A DNA stretch of 59,128 bases, filler included. It is 6 parts of 6 records of this genome, joined end to end, with 100 filler letters (N's around TTAATTAATTAA, not from the genome) between each part and the next. Parts side by side here need not be neighbours in the genome. Positions count along the whole stretch, not along the records: positions 1 to 19,485 come from DRR723986_6926; 5 more parts are not named here. One strand, written 5' to 3'. Positions within the stretch are counted from its first letter, which is position 1; every line of letters begins with the position of its first letter. Positions 8,872 through 18,320 of the stretch are shown piece by piece. Below the pieces are notes generated by a model. It was not told where the DNA came from. It made no database searches and was given only the letters and a program-made list of their open reading frames with translations. The position numbers and the translations under genes are program-made.

Positions 8872-9771
8872 ATGACGGGCGTCCGGGGAGGCATTCTGAA
8901 CCATGGTCCGACAAGCGATCGGCAAGCCCTGACCGGGGTGGCGCTGATGTTGATCGTTGCCGTCATGACGGCAATCGATGCCGTCATCGTGCGCGCGGTC
9001 TCGCCCGACGTTCATCCCTTCGTCATCGGCTTCACCCGGTCGATGTTCGGCCTTCTCATCGTGCTGCCCTGGATCTGGTTCCGCCCCGGCGTGTTCCGCT
9101 CCAACTTTCGCTTCCGGCATGTCCTGCGGGCCGCGCTGAAACTGGCCTCTCTCGTGGCCTTCTTCGCGGCCTTCGCCCGTGCTCCTCTGGCGGATGTAAC
9201 GGCCATAGCCTTCACCGCGCCCATCTTCGTGACCATCGGGGCATGGGCATTCCTGTCCGAGCGGCCGCACAAGACCCGGATCATCGCGGCCTTCATCGGC
9301 TTCTGCGGCGTCCTGCTTGTCCTGCGTCCGGGACAGAACTCCACCGTGCCGGTCGGCCTGTTGTTCGCGTTGCTGGGCGCCTTCCTCGCGGCGACCATCC
9401 AACTGCTGCTCAAGCCGATGTCGGGCCGCGATTCCGCGCAGACCCTCGTGGCGTGGAACCTTGCCGTCACCGCGCCCATCGCGGCCATCCCCGCCTATTT
9501 CTTCTGGGTGATGCCGACGCCGGAGCAATGGGCCCTGCTGGCCGTGCAGGGCGTCTTGGGTGCCGTGAGCATGGCGCTCGTCACCTATGCCTTTTCCCTC
9601 GCAGAAGCCTCTTTGCTGGCGCCGCTCGACTTCCTGCGCCTGCCGATCGTCGCCGTTCTGGCCTATCTGATCTTCGGTCAGACGGTGGACTGGACGTCGT
9701 GGATCGGGGCCGCGGTGATCTTCGCGGCGACCCTTCTCATGGCATCGAGCGCGCGCAGACCCCGACCCTGA
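8872..9771 (+). CDS. DMT/EamA family transporter
   Basis: About 10 transmembrane segments; PLADVTAIAFTAPIFVT..FLSE and ASLLAPLDFLRL motifs. Confidence 0.9.
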   Translation: MTGVRGGILNHGPTSDRQALTGVALMLIVAVMTAIDAVIVRAVSPDVHPFVIGFTRSMFGLLIVLPWIWFRPGVFRSNFRFRHVLRAALKLASLVAFFAAFARAPLADVTAIAFTAPIFVTIGAWAFLSERPHKTRIIAAFIGFCGVLLVLRPGQNSTVPVGLLFALLGAFLAATIQLLLKPMSGRDSAQTLVAWNLAVTAPIAAIPAYFFWVMPTPEQWALLAVQGVLGAVSMALVTYAFSLAEASLLAPLDFLRLPIVAVLAYLIFGQTVDWTSWIGAAVIFAATLLMASSARRPRP

Positions 9772-9782
9772 GAGGCGGCCGC

Positions 9783-10694
9783 TTACGTCCTGAAATCCTT
9801 CAGAGCGTCAAGGATGATCTCGATCAGGCGATCGCGCAGCGGCAAGGGCCTTTGGGCTGGATGAATGAGATGGAGTTCCGAGTTGTACTTCTTCGGCAGG
9901 CCGAGGTCGAAGAACCGGACATCGGGCATGCTGATGACCCGCGATGAAGACTGGACCATCCCGATGCCGACGCCCCGGTTGGCAAGGCCGATGGTGGTGT
10001 GTCCCTGACTGGCCTCGTGCACGACGTGCGGCCTGACCCCGTAATCCGCAAAGATCGCTTCCTGGGTTTCGCGGATGACGCCGCCCCGTTCCGGCGAATG
10101 GGCGATGAAGTCCACGCCATGGAGGTCCTGAACCGTCACATTCCGTTTCGCCGCAAGGGGGTGGCTGGCCGGGACGACCAGCACGAGAGGCTCACTGACC
10201 ACGAGGGTCTTCTCCCACTCCGGACGGTCGATCTTGGTGCGGGTTAGCCCCAGATCCACCCGCCCGGTGCGTTGGCCTTCGACGATCTCGTAATGCATCA
10301 TCTCGATCGTCGAGAGCGACAGACCCGGCAGCCTGTCCAGCGCGGCCGAGACGATTCGGGGCAGCAGGGCCGAGCCCGAGGAGGGGACGAACCCCAGCAC
10401 CAGCGTCCCGGCTTCGCCGCGTTGGGCCTGCCACGCATTCAGCACCGCCTGCTCGCTCCGGCGCAGGATGTCCGCCGCGCTCTGAAGAAAGCTGCGCCCG
10501 CCGGATGTCAGGCGGACCTGCCGGTTGTTCCGCTCGAAGAGCTTCAGCCCGATGGCCTCTTCCAGCAGGCGAATCTGGCGCGAGAGCGGGGGCTGCGTCA
10601 TGTGCAGGCGTTCGGCCGCCCTGCTGAAGTTCAACTCTTCCGCCACGGCGACGAAGCACCGGAGCTGATAGAGTTCGTAGGATTTCGGCGACAT
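9783..10694 (-). CDS. LysR family regulator (BenM/CatR-like)
   Basis: LRCFVAVAEELNFSRAAERLHMTQPPLSRQIRLLE helix-turn-helix. Confidence 0.96.
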   Translation of the reverse strand: MSPKSYELYQLRCFVAVAEELNFSRAAERLHMTQPPLSRQIRLLEEAIGLKLFERNNRQVRLTSGGRSFLQSAADILRRSEQAVLNAWQAQRGEAGTLVLGFVPSSGSALLPRIVSAALDRLPGLSLSTIEMMHYEIVEGQRTGRVDLGLTRTKIDRPEWEKTLVVSEPLVLVVPASHPLAAKRNVTVQDLHGVDFIAHSPERGGVIRETQEAIFADYGVRPHVVHEASQGHTTIGLANRGVGIGMVQSSSRVISMPDVRFFDLGLPKKYNSELHLIHPAQRPLPLRDRLIEIILDALKDFRT

Positions 10695-10722
10695 CCCGAC
10701 AGCCTTTCAGCGACCACATCTC

Positions 10723-10737
10723 ATACAAGACTTGTAT
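10723..10737. promoter_or_regulatory. LysR recognition site ATAC-N7-GTAT
   Basis: Perfect inverted repeat ATACAAG-A-CTTGTAT between the divergent lysR and ABC operon; matches the CatR/BenM-type box. Confidence 0.75.
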
Positions 10738-10874
10738 CATATCAATCCAAAACGGAAATATACAAATCTCCAGCCTTCCCTATTCTCCAGCCAGAGATCA
10801 TCGGCTGCCACCTCAAGGCGGACGGGGCTCGGGCGGCTGGGGAGAGTCGCGAATTTGGGACTTGGGAGGAAAAC

Positions 10875-12386
10875 ATGACCCATAAGATGACCGGCGCCGC
10901 GGCGCTATTGCTTGCGTCCCTTGCGGCGTACCCCGTGCTGGCGCAGGCCAATCCGGACGGGGTCACCGTCGTTCTGGGCGAAGAGCTCGATCTGGTCGAT
11001 CCGTGCATGACGTCGCGCTCCAACATCGGACGCGTCATCCAGCAGAACGTGTCCGAGACACTGACCGAGAACTTTCCGGGCGAGGGTCTGAAGCCGCGCC
11101 TTGCGACGGAATGGGAGGACATGGGCGAGGGCCGCTGGCGCTTCAGCCTGCGGGAGGGCGTCCGGTTCCACGATGGCAGCACCCTGACCGCCGAGGACGT
11201 CGCCCATTCCATCCAGCGCGCCACCGGCGGCGGCATCGTCTGCGAAATCGGCGCCAAGTTCTTTGGCGGAATGGAGATCACCACCGAAATCGTCGACGAC
11301 CTCACCCTCGATGTGACGACGGTGCCCGCGCAGCCGATCCTGCCGCTGTTGATGTCCACCATGACGGTCGTTCCGTCGGAAACCGACATGAACGCCTATG
11401 TCGACAAGCCCATCGGCACCGGCCCCTATACCTTCGACGCCTACGAGCGCGGACAGAAGATCAGCCTTGGCCTAAACGCGGAGTACTGGGGGGAAGAGCC
11501 CGCGGTGAAATCGGGCACCTATGTCTTCCGCTCGGACAGCGCCGTGCGCGCGGCGATGGTCGCCACCGGAGAGGCCGATGTCGCGCCCAGCATCGCGCTT
11601 CAGGATGCCACCGACGAGGCGCTCGACTACGCCTATCCGAACTCGGAAACGGTCTATCTGCGGCTCGATCAGGAAATGGCGCCGATGAACGACAGGCGCG
11701 TGCGTCTGGCCATGAACTACGCCATCGACCGCGAAGCCTTCATCGGAACGATCCTCGCGGATGGCACCCTTCTGGCCACCGGCATGACTCCGCCCTCGAC
11801 CCTCGGGTACAACAAGGACCTGACGCCCTACCCCTACGACCCGGACAAGGCGCGCGAGCTTCTGGCCGAAGCCAAGGCCGATGGCGTTCCCGTCGATACC
11901 AACATCCTGCTGATCGGGCGCTCCAACAACTTCGGCAACGTGGTGGAAACCATGGAGGCCCTGTTGCAGATGTTCGAGGACGTCGGCCTCAACATGACGC
12001 TGCAGATGGTCGAAGTGGCCGCATGGGACCAGTACTACACCAAGCCTTTCGCGGAAGATCGCCAGCCGACCATCATCGAGGCGATGCACGACAACGCCAA
12101 GGGCGATCCGGTGTTCTCCATGTACTACAAATACGCCTCCGAAGGGCTTCAGTCCGCGTCGAACGATGACCGGATCGACTCGCTTCTGGCCACGGCGACG
12201 GCCGCGACCGGAGATGAGCGCGAAGCGGCCTGGAAAGAGCTGTTCACCTATATCCACGAAGACCTCGTGGCCGATGTGATGCTGTTCCACATGGTCGGCT
12301 TCAGCCGCGTCAGCGACCGGCTCGACTTCGTGCCGACGATCAAGACGAACAGCGAGCTTCAGCTGGCACGGATCGCCTTCAAGTAA
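10875..12386 (+). CDS. ABC transporter substrate-binding protein, family 5 (DppA/OppA-like)
   Basis: Signal peptide; LREGVRFHDGS, PIGTGPY, VRLAMNYAIDRE and YDPDKARELL motifs; GGGAGG RBS. Confidence 0.94.
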   Translation: MTHKMTGAAALLLASLAAYPVLAQANPDGVTVVLGEELDLVDPCMTSRSNIGRVIQQNVSETLTENFPGEGLKPRLATEWEDMGEGRWRFSLREGVRFHDGSTLTAEDVAHSIQRATGGGIVCEIGAKFFGGMEITTEIVDDLTLDVTTVPAQPILPLLMSTMTVVPSETDMNAYVDKPIGTGPYTFDAYERGQKISLGLNAEYWGEEPAVKSGTYVFRSDSAVRAAMVATGEADVAPSIALQDATDEALDYAYPNSETVYLRLDQEMAPMNDRRVRLAMNYAIDREAFIGTILADGTLLATGMTPPSTLGYNKDLTPYPYDPDKARELLAEAKADGVPVDTNILLIGRSNNFGNVVETMEALLQMFEDVGLNMTLQMVEVAAWDQYYTKPFAEDRQPTIIEAMHDNAKGDPVFSMYYKYASEGLQSASNDDRIDSLLATATAATGDEREAAWKELFTYIHEDLVADVMLFHMVGFSRVSDRLDFVPTIKTNSELQLARIAFK

Positions 12387-12394
12387 ACGCAACG

Positions 12395-12425
12395 GCCGGG
12401 GCGGGCGCATCGCACGCGCCCCGGC
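12395..12425 (+). other. Intercistronic stem-loop after the SBP gene (possible mRNA stabiliser)
   Basis: GCCGGGGCG...CGCCCCGGC inverted repeat with no U-tract. Confidence 0.45.
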
Positions 12426-12451
12426 ACGTCCCGGAAAGCACACCCCCCGCA

Positions 12452-13366
12452 ATGATTTTCTTTCTGAAGAAACGCGCCGTCGCGAGTGCCTTCTCGTTGC
12501 TTGCGCTGATCGTCATCGTCTTCTTCCTGTCCCGGCTGACCGGCGACCCCACGGCACTGTTCCTGCCGGTGGATGCCTCGCTCGAAAGCCGCGCGCAGTT
12601 CCGAGAGCTGAACGGGTTCAACGACCCGCTCATCGTGCAGTTCGGCCGCTATATGGGCGACCTCGCGCGGCTGGATTTCGGCACCTCGATCCGACAGTCC
12701 GCCCCGGCGATGGAGATCGTCCTCGAAGCCTATGTCTGGACGCTGCAACTGGCCCTCATCACCATGGCGATCGTGATCGTCGCGGCCATCGTCCTTGGCT
12801 CTCTCGCCGCCTTCCACGTCGGAAAGCTGTTCGACCGGGTGGCGACGATCTTCACCCTCGCCGGCACCAGCGCACCGGACTTCTGGGTTGCCATCGTCGG
12901 CATCAGCCTCTTCTCGGTCAGCCTTGGATGGTTGCCGACCTCCGGCACCGGAACCGTCTGGCACTGGATCCTGCCCATCTGCGTGCTCTTCATCCGCCCC
13001 TTCGGCCTGATCGTGCAGATCGTGCGCGGCTCGATGATTTCGGCGCTGTCCTCCGCCTACGTCAAGACCGCCCGCGCCAAGGGCCTGCGCAATCGTCCGA
13101 TCATCTTCGTCCACGCGCTTCGCAATGCGCTGCTGCCGGTGATCACCGTGATCGGCGATCAGGCCGCCGCGCTGCTGAACGGCGCCGTGGTGATCGAGAC
13201 GATCTTCGGCTTCCCCGGCGTCGGCAAGCTGATGATCGACTCCATCCTGATGCGGGACTTTCCGGTCGTGCTCGCCGCGATAACGGCCACGGCGGTCGTC
13301 ATCTTCCTCATGAACATCCTGATCGACATCCTCTACGCGGTGCTCGATCCCCGTATCCGGTACTGA
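12452..13366 (+). CDS. ABC permease (DppB/OppB-like)
   Basis: YVKTARAKGL...HALRNA EAA loop, IETIFGFPGVG and LDPRIRY motifs. Confidence 0.95.
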   Translation: MIFFLKKRAVASAFSLLALIVIVFFLSRLTGDPTALFLPVDASLESRAQFRELNGFNDPLIVQFGRYMGDLARLDFGTSIRQSAPAMEIVLEAYVWTLQLALITMAIVIVAAIVLGSLAAFHVGKLFDRVATIFTLAGTSAPDFWVAIVGISLFSVSLGWLPTSGTGTVWHWILPICVLFIRPFGLIVQIVRGSMISALSSAYVKTARAKGLRNRPIIFVHALRNALLPVITVIGDQAAALLNGAVVIETIFGFPGVGKLMIDSILMRDFPVVLAAITATAVVIFLMNILIDILYAVLDPRIRY

Positions 13367-13370
13367 TCCC

Positions 13371-14291
13371 ATGGCCCTGACCGAAAACCTCGGCACGATC
13401 GCCGACCCGCCCCGCCCCGCGATGCAACTGCTGCGGATGCTCTGGCGGGACAAGTTCGCCCTCTGCGCCGTCATCTTCCTGCTGCTCATGGCCTTCTGCG
13501 CCATCTTCGGCCCGATGCTTCTGGAAGATCAGGCCACCCGGCAGAACCTGCGCGGACGCAACGCCCCGCCCTTCGATGTCAGCCGCGACTGGCTCTTCTG
13601 GCTGGGGGCCGACGCCCTTGGCCGCCCGCTCATCGCCCGCATCGTCGTGGCGGCACAGAACACTTTGATGGTCGCGGCGGGCGCGGTGGCGATCTCGTTC
13701 ACGATCGGAACCGCGCTTGGGCTGGTCGCCGGCTACACCACGAAGACCACCAGTCAGGTGATCCTGCGGCTGGCCGACGTGATCATGTCCTTCCCGTCGA
13801 TGCTGCTGGCGGTGGTGGTGCTCTACATGCTGGGCGCCTCCGTCACCAACCTGATCTTCGTGCTCGCGATCACCCGCATCCCGATCTATCTGCGGACCGC
13901 ACGGGCCGAGGTGCTGGAGATCCGCGAGCGGATGTTCGTGCAGGCCGCGCAGGTCATGGGCGCCTCGACGATGCGGATCATCCTGCGCCACATCCTGCCC
14001 GTGGTCTTTCCGACGCTCATCACCATCGCCACGCTCGACTTCGCCTTCGTCATGCTGGCCGAAAGCTCCCTGTCGTTTCTCGGGGTCGGCATCCAGCCCC
14101 CCGAGATCACCTGGGGCCTGATGGTGTCGCAGGGGCGGCCCTACCTGACCTCTGCATGGTGGCTGTGTTTCTGGCCCGGCCTCGCGATCATCCTGACCAC
14201 CCTGTCGCTCAACCTGCTGTCGAACTGGATGCGCACCGCGCTCGATCCGGTGCAGCGCTGGCGGCTCGAAATCGAGAGGAAAAAGCGATGA
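13371..14291 (+). CDS. ABC permease (DppC/OppC-like)
   Basis: LGADALGR, FVQAAQVMGAS..IILRHILP and ESSLSFLGVGIQPP motifs. Confidence 0.95.
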   Translation: MALTENLGTIADPPRPAMQLLRMLWRDKFALCAVIFLLLMAFCAIFGPMLLEDQATRQNLRGRNAPPFDVSRDWLFWLGADALGRPLIARIVVAAQNTLMVAAGAVAISFTIGTALGLVAGYTTKTTSQVILRLADVIMSFPSMLLAVVVLYMLGASVTNLIFVLAITRIPIYLRTARAEVLEIRERMFVQAAQVMGASTMRIILRHILPVVFPTLITIATLDFAFVMLAESSLSFLGVGIQPPEITWGLMVSQGRPYLTSAWWLCFWPGLAIILTTLSLNLLSNWMRTALDPVQRWRLEIERKKR

Positions 14292-15910
14292 GCGATCATC
14301 TCCTCGAAGTGCGCAACCTGTCGGTGGACTTTCACACCGCCAAGGGAACGGTCCACGCGGTGCGCAACGTCAACTGGCATCTCGACAAGGGCGAAAGCCT
14401 TGCGATCCTCGGGGAATCCGGCTCGGGCAAATCCGTCTCCGCCTCGGCGATCATGGACCTGATCGACTGCCCGCCGGGGGACATCACCAGCGGCGAGATC
14501 CTGTTCAACGGCAGGAACCTGTTGACGGCAACCGAGGCCGAGCGGCGCGAGATCAACGGCAAGCGGATCGCCATGATCTTTCAGGACCCGCTTGGCCACC
14601 TCAACCCGGTCTATAGCGTCGGCTTCCAGATCGCGGAAACGCTCACCGCTCACGGGGTCCCGAAAGCCAAGGCCCGGGCTCGCGCGCTGGAACTGCTGAA
14701 CCGTGTCGGCATCCCGGAGCCGGACAGCAAGATCGACGCCTACCCCCACCAGTTCTCTGGCGGGCAGCGGCAACGGCTGATGATCGCCATGGCGCTTGCG
14801 CTAAAACCCGACATCCTGATCGCGGACGAGCCGACGACCGCGCTGGACGTGACCGTGCAGGCGCAGATCCTCGCGCTGCTGGAGGAGCTTCAGCAGGAAA
14901 CCGGCATGGGGCTGCTGCTCATCACCCACGATCTTGGGGTCGTGGCCGAGGTGGCCGACCGGGTGGTGGTGATGAACTCCGGCGAGATCGTCGAGACCGG
15001 CACTGCAAGGGACGTCTACCAGAACCCCTCTCACCCCTACACCAAGAAGCTGATCGCGGCGGTGCCGGGCAACGGCGACCTGATGGCTCCGCTGCCGGCC
15101 GACACCAAGCCCCTGCTGGAGATCAACAAGCTGTCCAAGACCTACGGCAGCTTCAAGGCGCTTCAGGACGCCAGCCTGACGGTCATGCCCGGCGAAACCG
15201 TCGCCGTCGTGGGCGAAAGCGGCTCTGGCAAGTCGACCCTTGCCAAGACCCTGCTGCGGCTCGAAGAGGCCACGAGCGGCGAGGCGCTGTACAAGGGGCG
15301 CGACCTGATCTCCCTCCCCCACCGCGAGATGTTCGCGATGCGCCGCGAGATCCAGATGATCTTTCAGGATCCCACGCAATCGCTCAATCCGCGCATGACC
15401 GTCCATCAGATCATCAGCGAGGCCTTCGTCATCCACCCCGAGATCCTGCCCCGCGCGCAATGGGGCGATCGGGTGCAGGATCTGCTGCGGAAGGTCGGGC
15501 TGGATCCCAGCCACACCCACCGCTACCCGCATCAGTTCTCCGGCGGGCAGCGCCAGAGGATCGCCATTGCCCGGGCCCTCGCGATGGAGCCCAAGGTGAT
15601 CGTCTGCGACGAGGCGGTCTCGGCGCTGGATGTCTCGATTCAGGCGCAGGTGATCGCGCTGATGAACGATCTGCAGGCCGAACTGGGCCTGTCCTATCTC
15701 TTCATCGCCCATGACCTGCCGCTGGTGCGCGATTTCGCGCATCGCGTCGTGGTGATGCAGGGCGGCCGGATCGTCGAGCAGGGTCCGGTCAGGCAAATCT
15801 TCGAAAACCCACGGGAAGAATACACCCAAGCGCTGCTGGCCGCGAGCCTCGACCCGGACCCGGAGGTTCAGGCCGAACGCCGCCGCGCGCGCATGATGGA
15901 GTCTGTGTGA
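14288..15910 (+). CDS. ABC ATP-binding protein, fused double ATPase (DppD/F-like)
   Basis: Two Walker A motifs (GESGSGKS) and two signature motifs ([11 protein letters not shown]). ATGA overlap with the permease. Confidence 0.95.
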   Translation: MSDHLLEVRNLSVDFHTAKGTVHAVRNVNWHLDKGESLAILGESGSGKSVSASAIMDLIDCPPGDITSGEILFNGRNLLTATEAERREINGKRIAMIFQDPLGHLNPVYSVGFQIAETLTAHGVPKAKARARALELLNRVGIPEPDSKIDAYPHQFSGGQRQRLMIAMALALKPDILIADEPTTALDVTVQAQILALLEELQQETGMGLLLITHDLGVVAEVADRVVVMNSGEIVETGTARDVYQNPSHPYTKKLIAAVPGNGDLMAPLPADTKPLLEINKLSKTYGSFKALQDASLTVMPGETVAVVGESGSGKSTLAKTLLRLEEATSGEALYKGRDLISLPHREMFAMRREIQMIFQDPTQSLNPRMTVHQIISEAFVIHPEILPRAQWGDRVQDLLRKVGLDPSHTHRYPHQFSGGQRQRIAIARALAMEPKVIVCDEAVSALDVSIQAQVIALMNDLQAELGLSYLFIAHDLPLVRDFAHRVVVMQGGRIVEQGPVRQIFENPREEYTQALLAASLDPDPEVQAERRRARMMESV

Positions 15911-16870
15911 ATGACCAAACCGGATGTTCTGGTAATCGCCCCGCCGCGCCCGAAGGCCATGGCCCAGCTCGAGGCCGCCTATACGCTGCACCGTCTCGAT
16001 CTTGCCAAGGACCGGGAGGCCTTTCTTGCCGAATACGGTCCGCGCTGCGAGGCGATCGTGACCAACGGCCACTGCGCGCTGACCCGCGAGGATCTTCGCC
16101 ATCTGCCCCGGCTGTCCATCGTGGCCTGCTCGTCTGCCGGGTTCGAACCCATCGACGTCGAGGCCCTGACAGAGCGGGGGGTGCCGCTGACCAATTCCTC
16201 CGTCGCGCTTCAGGACGACGTGGCCGATCTGGCGCTGCTGCTGACCCTCGCCACCCGCCGTCAGTTGATCCACGCGCACCGCTACGTCACCTCGGGCGAC
16301 TGGGGCAGGTCGGGCCCCTACCCGCTGCTTCATGCGCTCAACGGCAAGCGCGCCGGGATCGTCGGGCTTGGCACCATCGGGTTGTCGATCGCGCAGCGGT
16401 TCGAGCCGCTGGGGCTGACGCTGGGCTATACCGCGCGCAGCCGGAAAGAGGTGGCGTATGAATATTTCAGCGATGTCACGGCGCTGGCGGAATGGTCCGA
16501 CATCCTTGTGGTGATCGTGCCGGGCGGCGCCGAGACCGACAAGATGATCGACCGCAGGGTGCTGGACGCGCTCGGGCCGGAAGGCACGCTCATCAACGTC
16601 GCGCGGGGATCCGTGGTCGACGAACAGGCCCTGATCGCGGCCCTGAAGGACGGCCGGCTGGGCAGCGCAGGGCTCGACGTCTACATGGACGAGCCCAACC
16701 CCGACCCAGAGCTGACCGCCCTGCCCAATGTCACGCTCTACCCCCACCATGCCAGCGGCACGGTGGAAACGCGCGATGCGATGGCGCAGACCGTGGTCGA
16801 CAACCTCGCCGCCCATTTCGCCGGAGCGCCGCTGCTGACCCCGGTGAACCGCGTGAAGGCCCGGTCCTGA
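15911..16870 (+). CDS. D-isomer-specific 2-hydroxyacid dehydrogenase
   Basis: GIVGLGTIG, INVARGSVVDE, AGLDVYMDEP and YPHHASGT motifs. Confidence 0.94.
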   Translation: MTKPDVLVIAPPRPKAMAQLEAAYTLHRLDLAKDREAFLAEYGPRCEAIVTNGHCALTREDLRHLPRLSIVACSSAGFEPIDVEALTERGVPLTNSSVALQDDVADLALLLTLATRRQLIHAHRYVTSGDWGRSGPYPLLHALNGKRAGIVGLGTIGLSIAQRFEPLGLTLGYTARSRKEVAYEYFSDVTALAEWSDILVVIVPGGAETDKMIDRRVLDALGPEGTLINVARGSVVDEQALIAALKDGRLGSAGLDVYMDEPNPDPELTALPNVTLYPHHASGTVETRDAMAQTVVDNLAAHFAGAPLLTPVNRVKARS

Positions 16871-17146
16871 ATGCCGCAGCTCACCCAAGGCCAGCCCGGG
16901 CGCTGGCGGCGCCAACGCCCGACCGATGCCGCGCCCGATGCCGCTCTGATCCTGCGCAATGCCCGGCCCCAAGGCGGGCCGCCCCTGCCCAAGCGCCGCA
17001 TGCCGCCGATCCCCAAGGCGCGGGGCGGGCAGGACCAGCGCGACCTGCCGCCTATCCCGGAGGCCCGCTTGTCCGGCACCTCCCGCGATTTCGACGACCT
17101 GCCCCGCGATGTCCGCGCAGCGGCAGGCGAACCCGACATGTTCTGA
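16871..17146 (+). pseudogene. Collapsed remnant of an IlvD/Edd family (AraD-type) sugar-acid dehydratase
   Basis: ILRNARPQGGPPLPKRRMPPIPKA...RDLPPIPEARLSGTS mirrors the recalled family motif LRNAGPQGGPGMPEWGMLPIPKA...RDMxRxSDARMSGTS. RDFDDL...AGEPDMF mirrors the CDFDFL...AGEPDIF/Y C-terminus. Only 91 aa. Confidence 0.75.
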
Positions 17147-17160
17147 CCAAGGAGAAGCCA

Positions 17161-18057
17161 ATGGCCCTCACACTCGACACGGCCCTGACCGGCATTTCCG
17201 GCATCCTCGCGACGCCCTACGACAGCGACGGCGAGATTGCCCCGCAAAAGCTCGCGCCGATCCTCGACCGCGCCCTGACCGCCGGGGTGCATATGCCGGT
17301 GGTCAACGGCAACACCGGCGAGTTCTACGCGCTCACCACCGACGAGGCCTGCGAGATGGTGGCGGAGGTGGCCGCCCTGATCGACGGGCGCGCGCCCCTG
17401 CTCGCCGGCGTCGGCCGGGGCATCAAGGACGCCTGCCGTCTGGCGAGGGCCAGCGCAGAGGCCGGGGCCGCCGCGCTGATGATCCACCAGCCGCCCGATC
17501 CCTTCGTCAGCCCGCGTGGCACCGTCGATTACATCAAGGCGGTCTCGGATGCCGCAGGCCTGCCGATCATGCTGTATCTGCGCAACGACGCCATCGGGAC
17601 CAGGGGTATCGCGGATCTCTGCGCCATCGACGGGGTCAAGGGCGTGAAATGGGCCACGCCCAACCCGCTGAACCTCGCCGCCGCCATCCATGCCTGCGAT
17701 CCCTCCATCGTCTGGGTCGGCGGGCTGGCCGAAGTCTGGGCGCCGCCTCTCTACGCCGTGGGCGCGCGGGGCTTCACCTCGGGGCTCATCAACGTCTGGC
17801 CCGAACGCTCCGTCGCGATCCACAAGGCGCTGGACGCCGGGGACTACCCCGCCGCCAACGCCCTGATCGCCGAGATGCGCGTCTTCGAGGACATACGCGC
17901 CGAAGAGCTCAATGGCACGAACGTCACCGGCGTGAAGGCGGCCCTGCTTGCGCAGGGGTTGGATTGCGGCGCCACCCGCCCGCCGTCGGCCTGGCCGCTG
18001 ACGCCCGGCCAACAATCGCAGCTGGACGCCTTCATGACGGCGAATGCCCTGATCTGA
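17161..18057 (+). CDS. DapA/DHDPS family lyase (keto-deoxy sugar acid dehydratase/aldolase-like)
   Basis: NGNTGEFYAL motif, catalytic Tyr (IMLYLR), Schiff-base Lys (GVKWA); AAGGAG RBS. Confidence 0.9.
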   Translation: MALTLDTALTGISGILATPYDSDGEIAPQKLAPILDRALTAGVHMPVVNGNTGEFYALTTDEACEMVAEVAALIDGRAPLLAGVGRGIKDACRLARASAEAGAAALMIHQPPDPFVSPRGTVDYIKAVSDAAGLPIMLYLRNDAIGTRGIADLCAIDGVKGVKWATPNPLNLAAAIHACDPSIVWVGGLAEVWAPPLYAVGARGFTSGLINVWPERSVAIHKALDAGDYPAANALIAEMRVFEDIRAEELNGTNVTGVKAALLAQGLDCGATRPPSAWPLTPGQQSQLDAFMTANALI

Positions 18058-18320
18058 ACGGCGCCCTCGCCGCGGGCGGGCCACCGCGCAGGACGGGGCC
18101 CGACCAGCGGCAAGCGGCGCGAGGGTCCCGTGATCGGCCCATGCGGGGCCTTCGCCAGCCATCACCGCAAGAGCGCGGCTCTTGCCATAGTCCCCGACGA
18201 CCCCCTCGCCCGAGGGCCGTCCGGGCCTTGTCCCGGGCCGCCCGCCCAGCCCACCCCGCATCCCGTCCGCCGGACGTCCGATGCGGACCCATCCAGACGA
18301 CCCGAGCCGAGGCAGAGATC

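Noticed and set aside
10272..10874. Long N-terminal extensions in the ORF track (SBP 10272, DapA 16492, DUF475 16959, Ldh 4436, hydrolase 54751)
   Set aside because: They overlap other genes. Downstream starts with RBS, signal peptides or stop/start overlaps fit better, so these are not fusions.
18058..18320. yybP-ykoY Mn2+ riboswitch before the TerC-related gene
   Set aside because: The conserved GGGGAGUAG and GAGACC elements were not found by eye.
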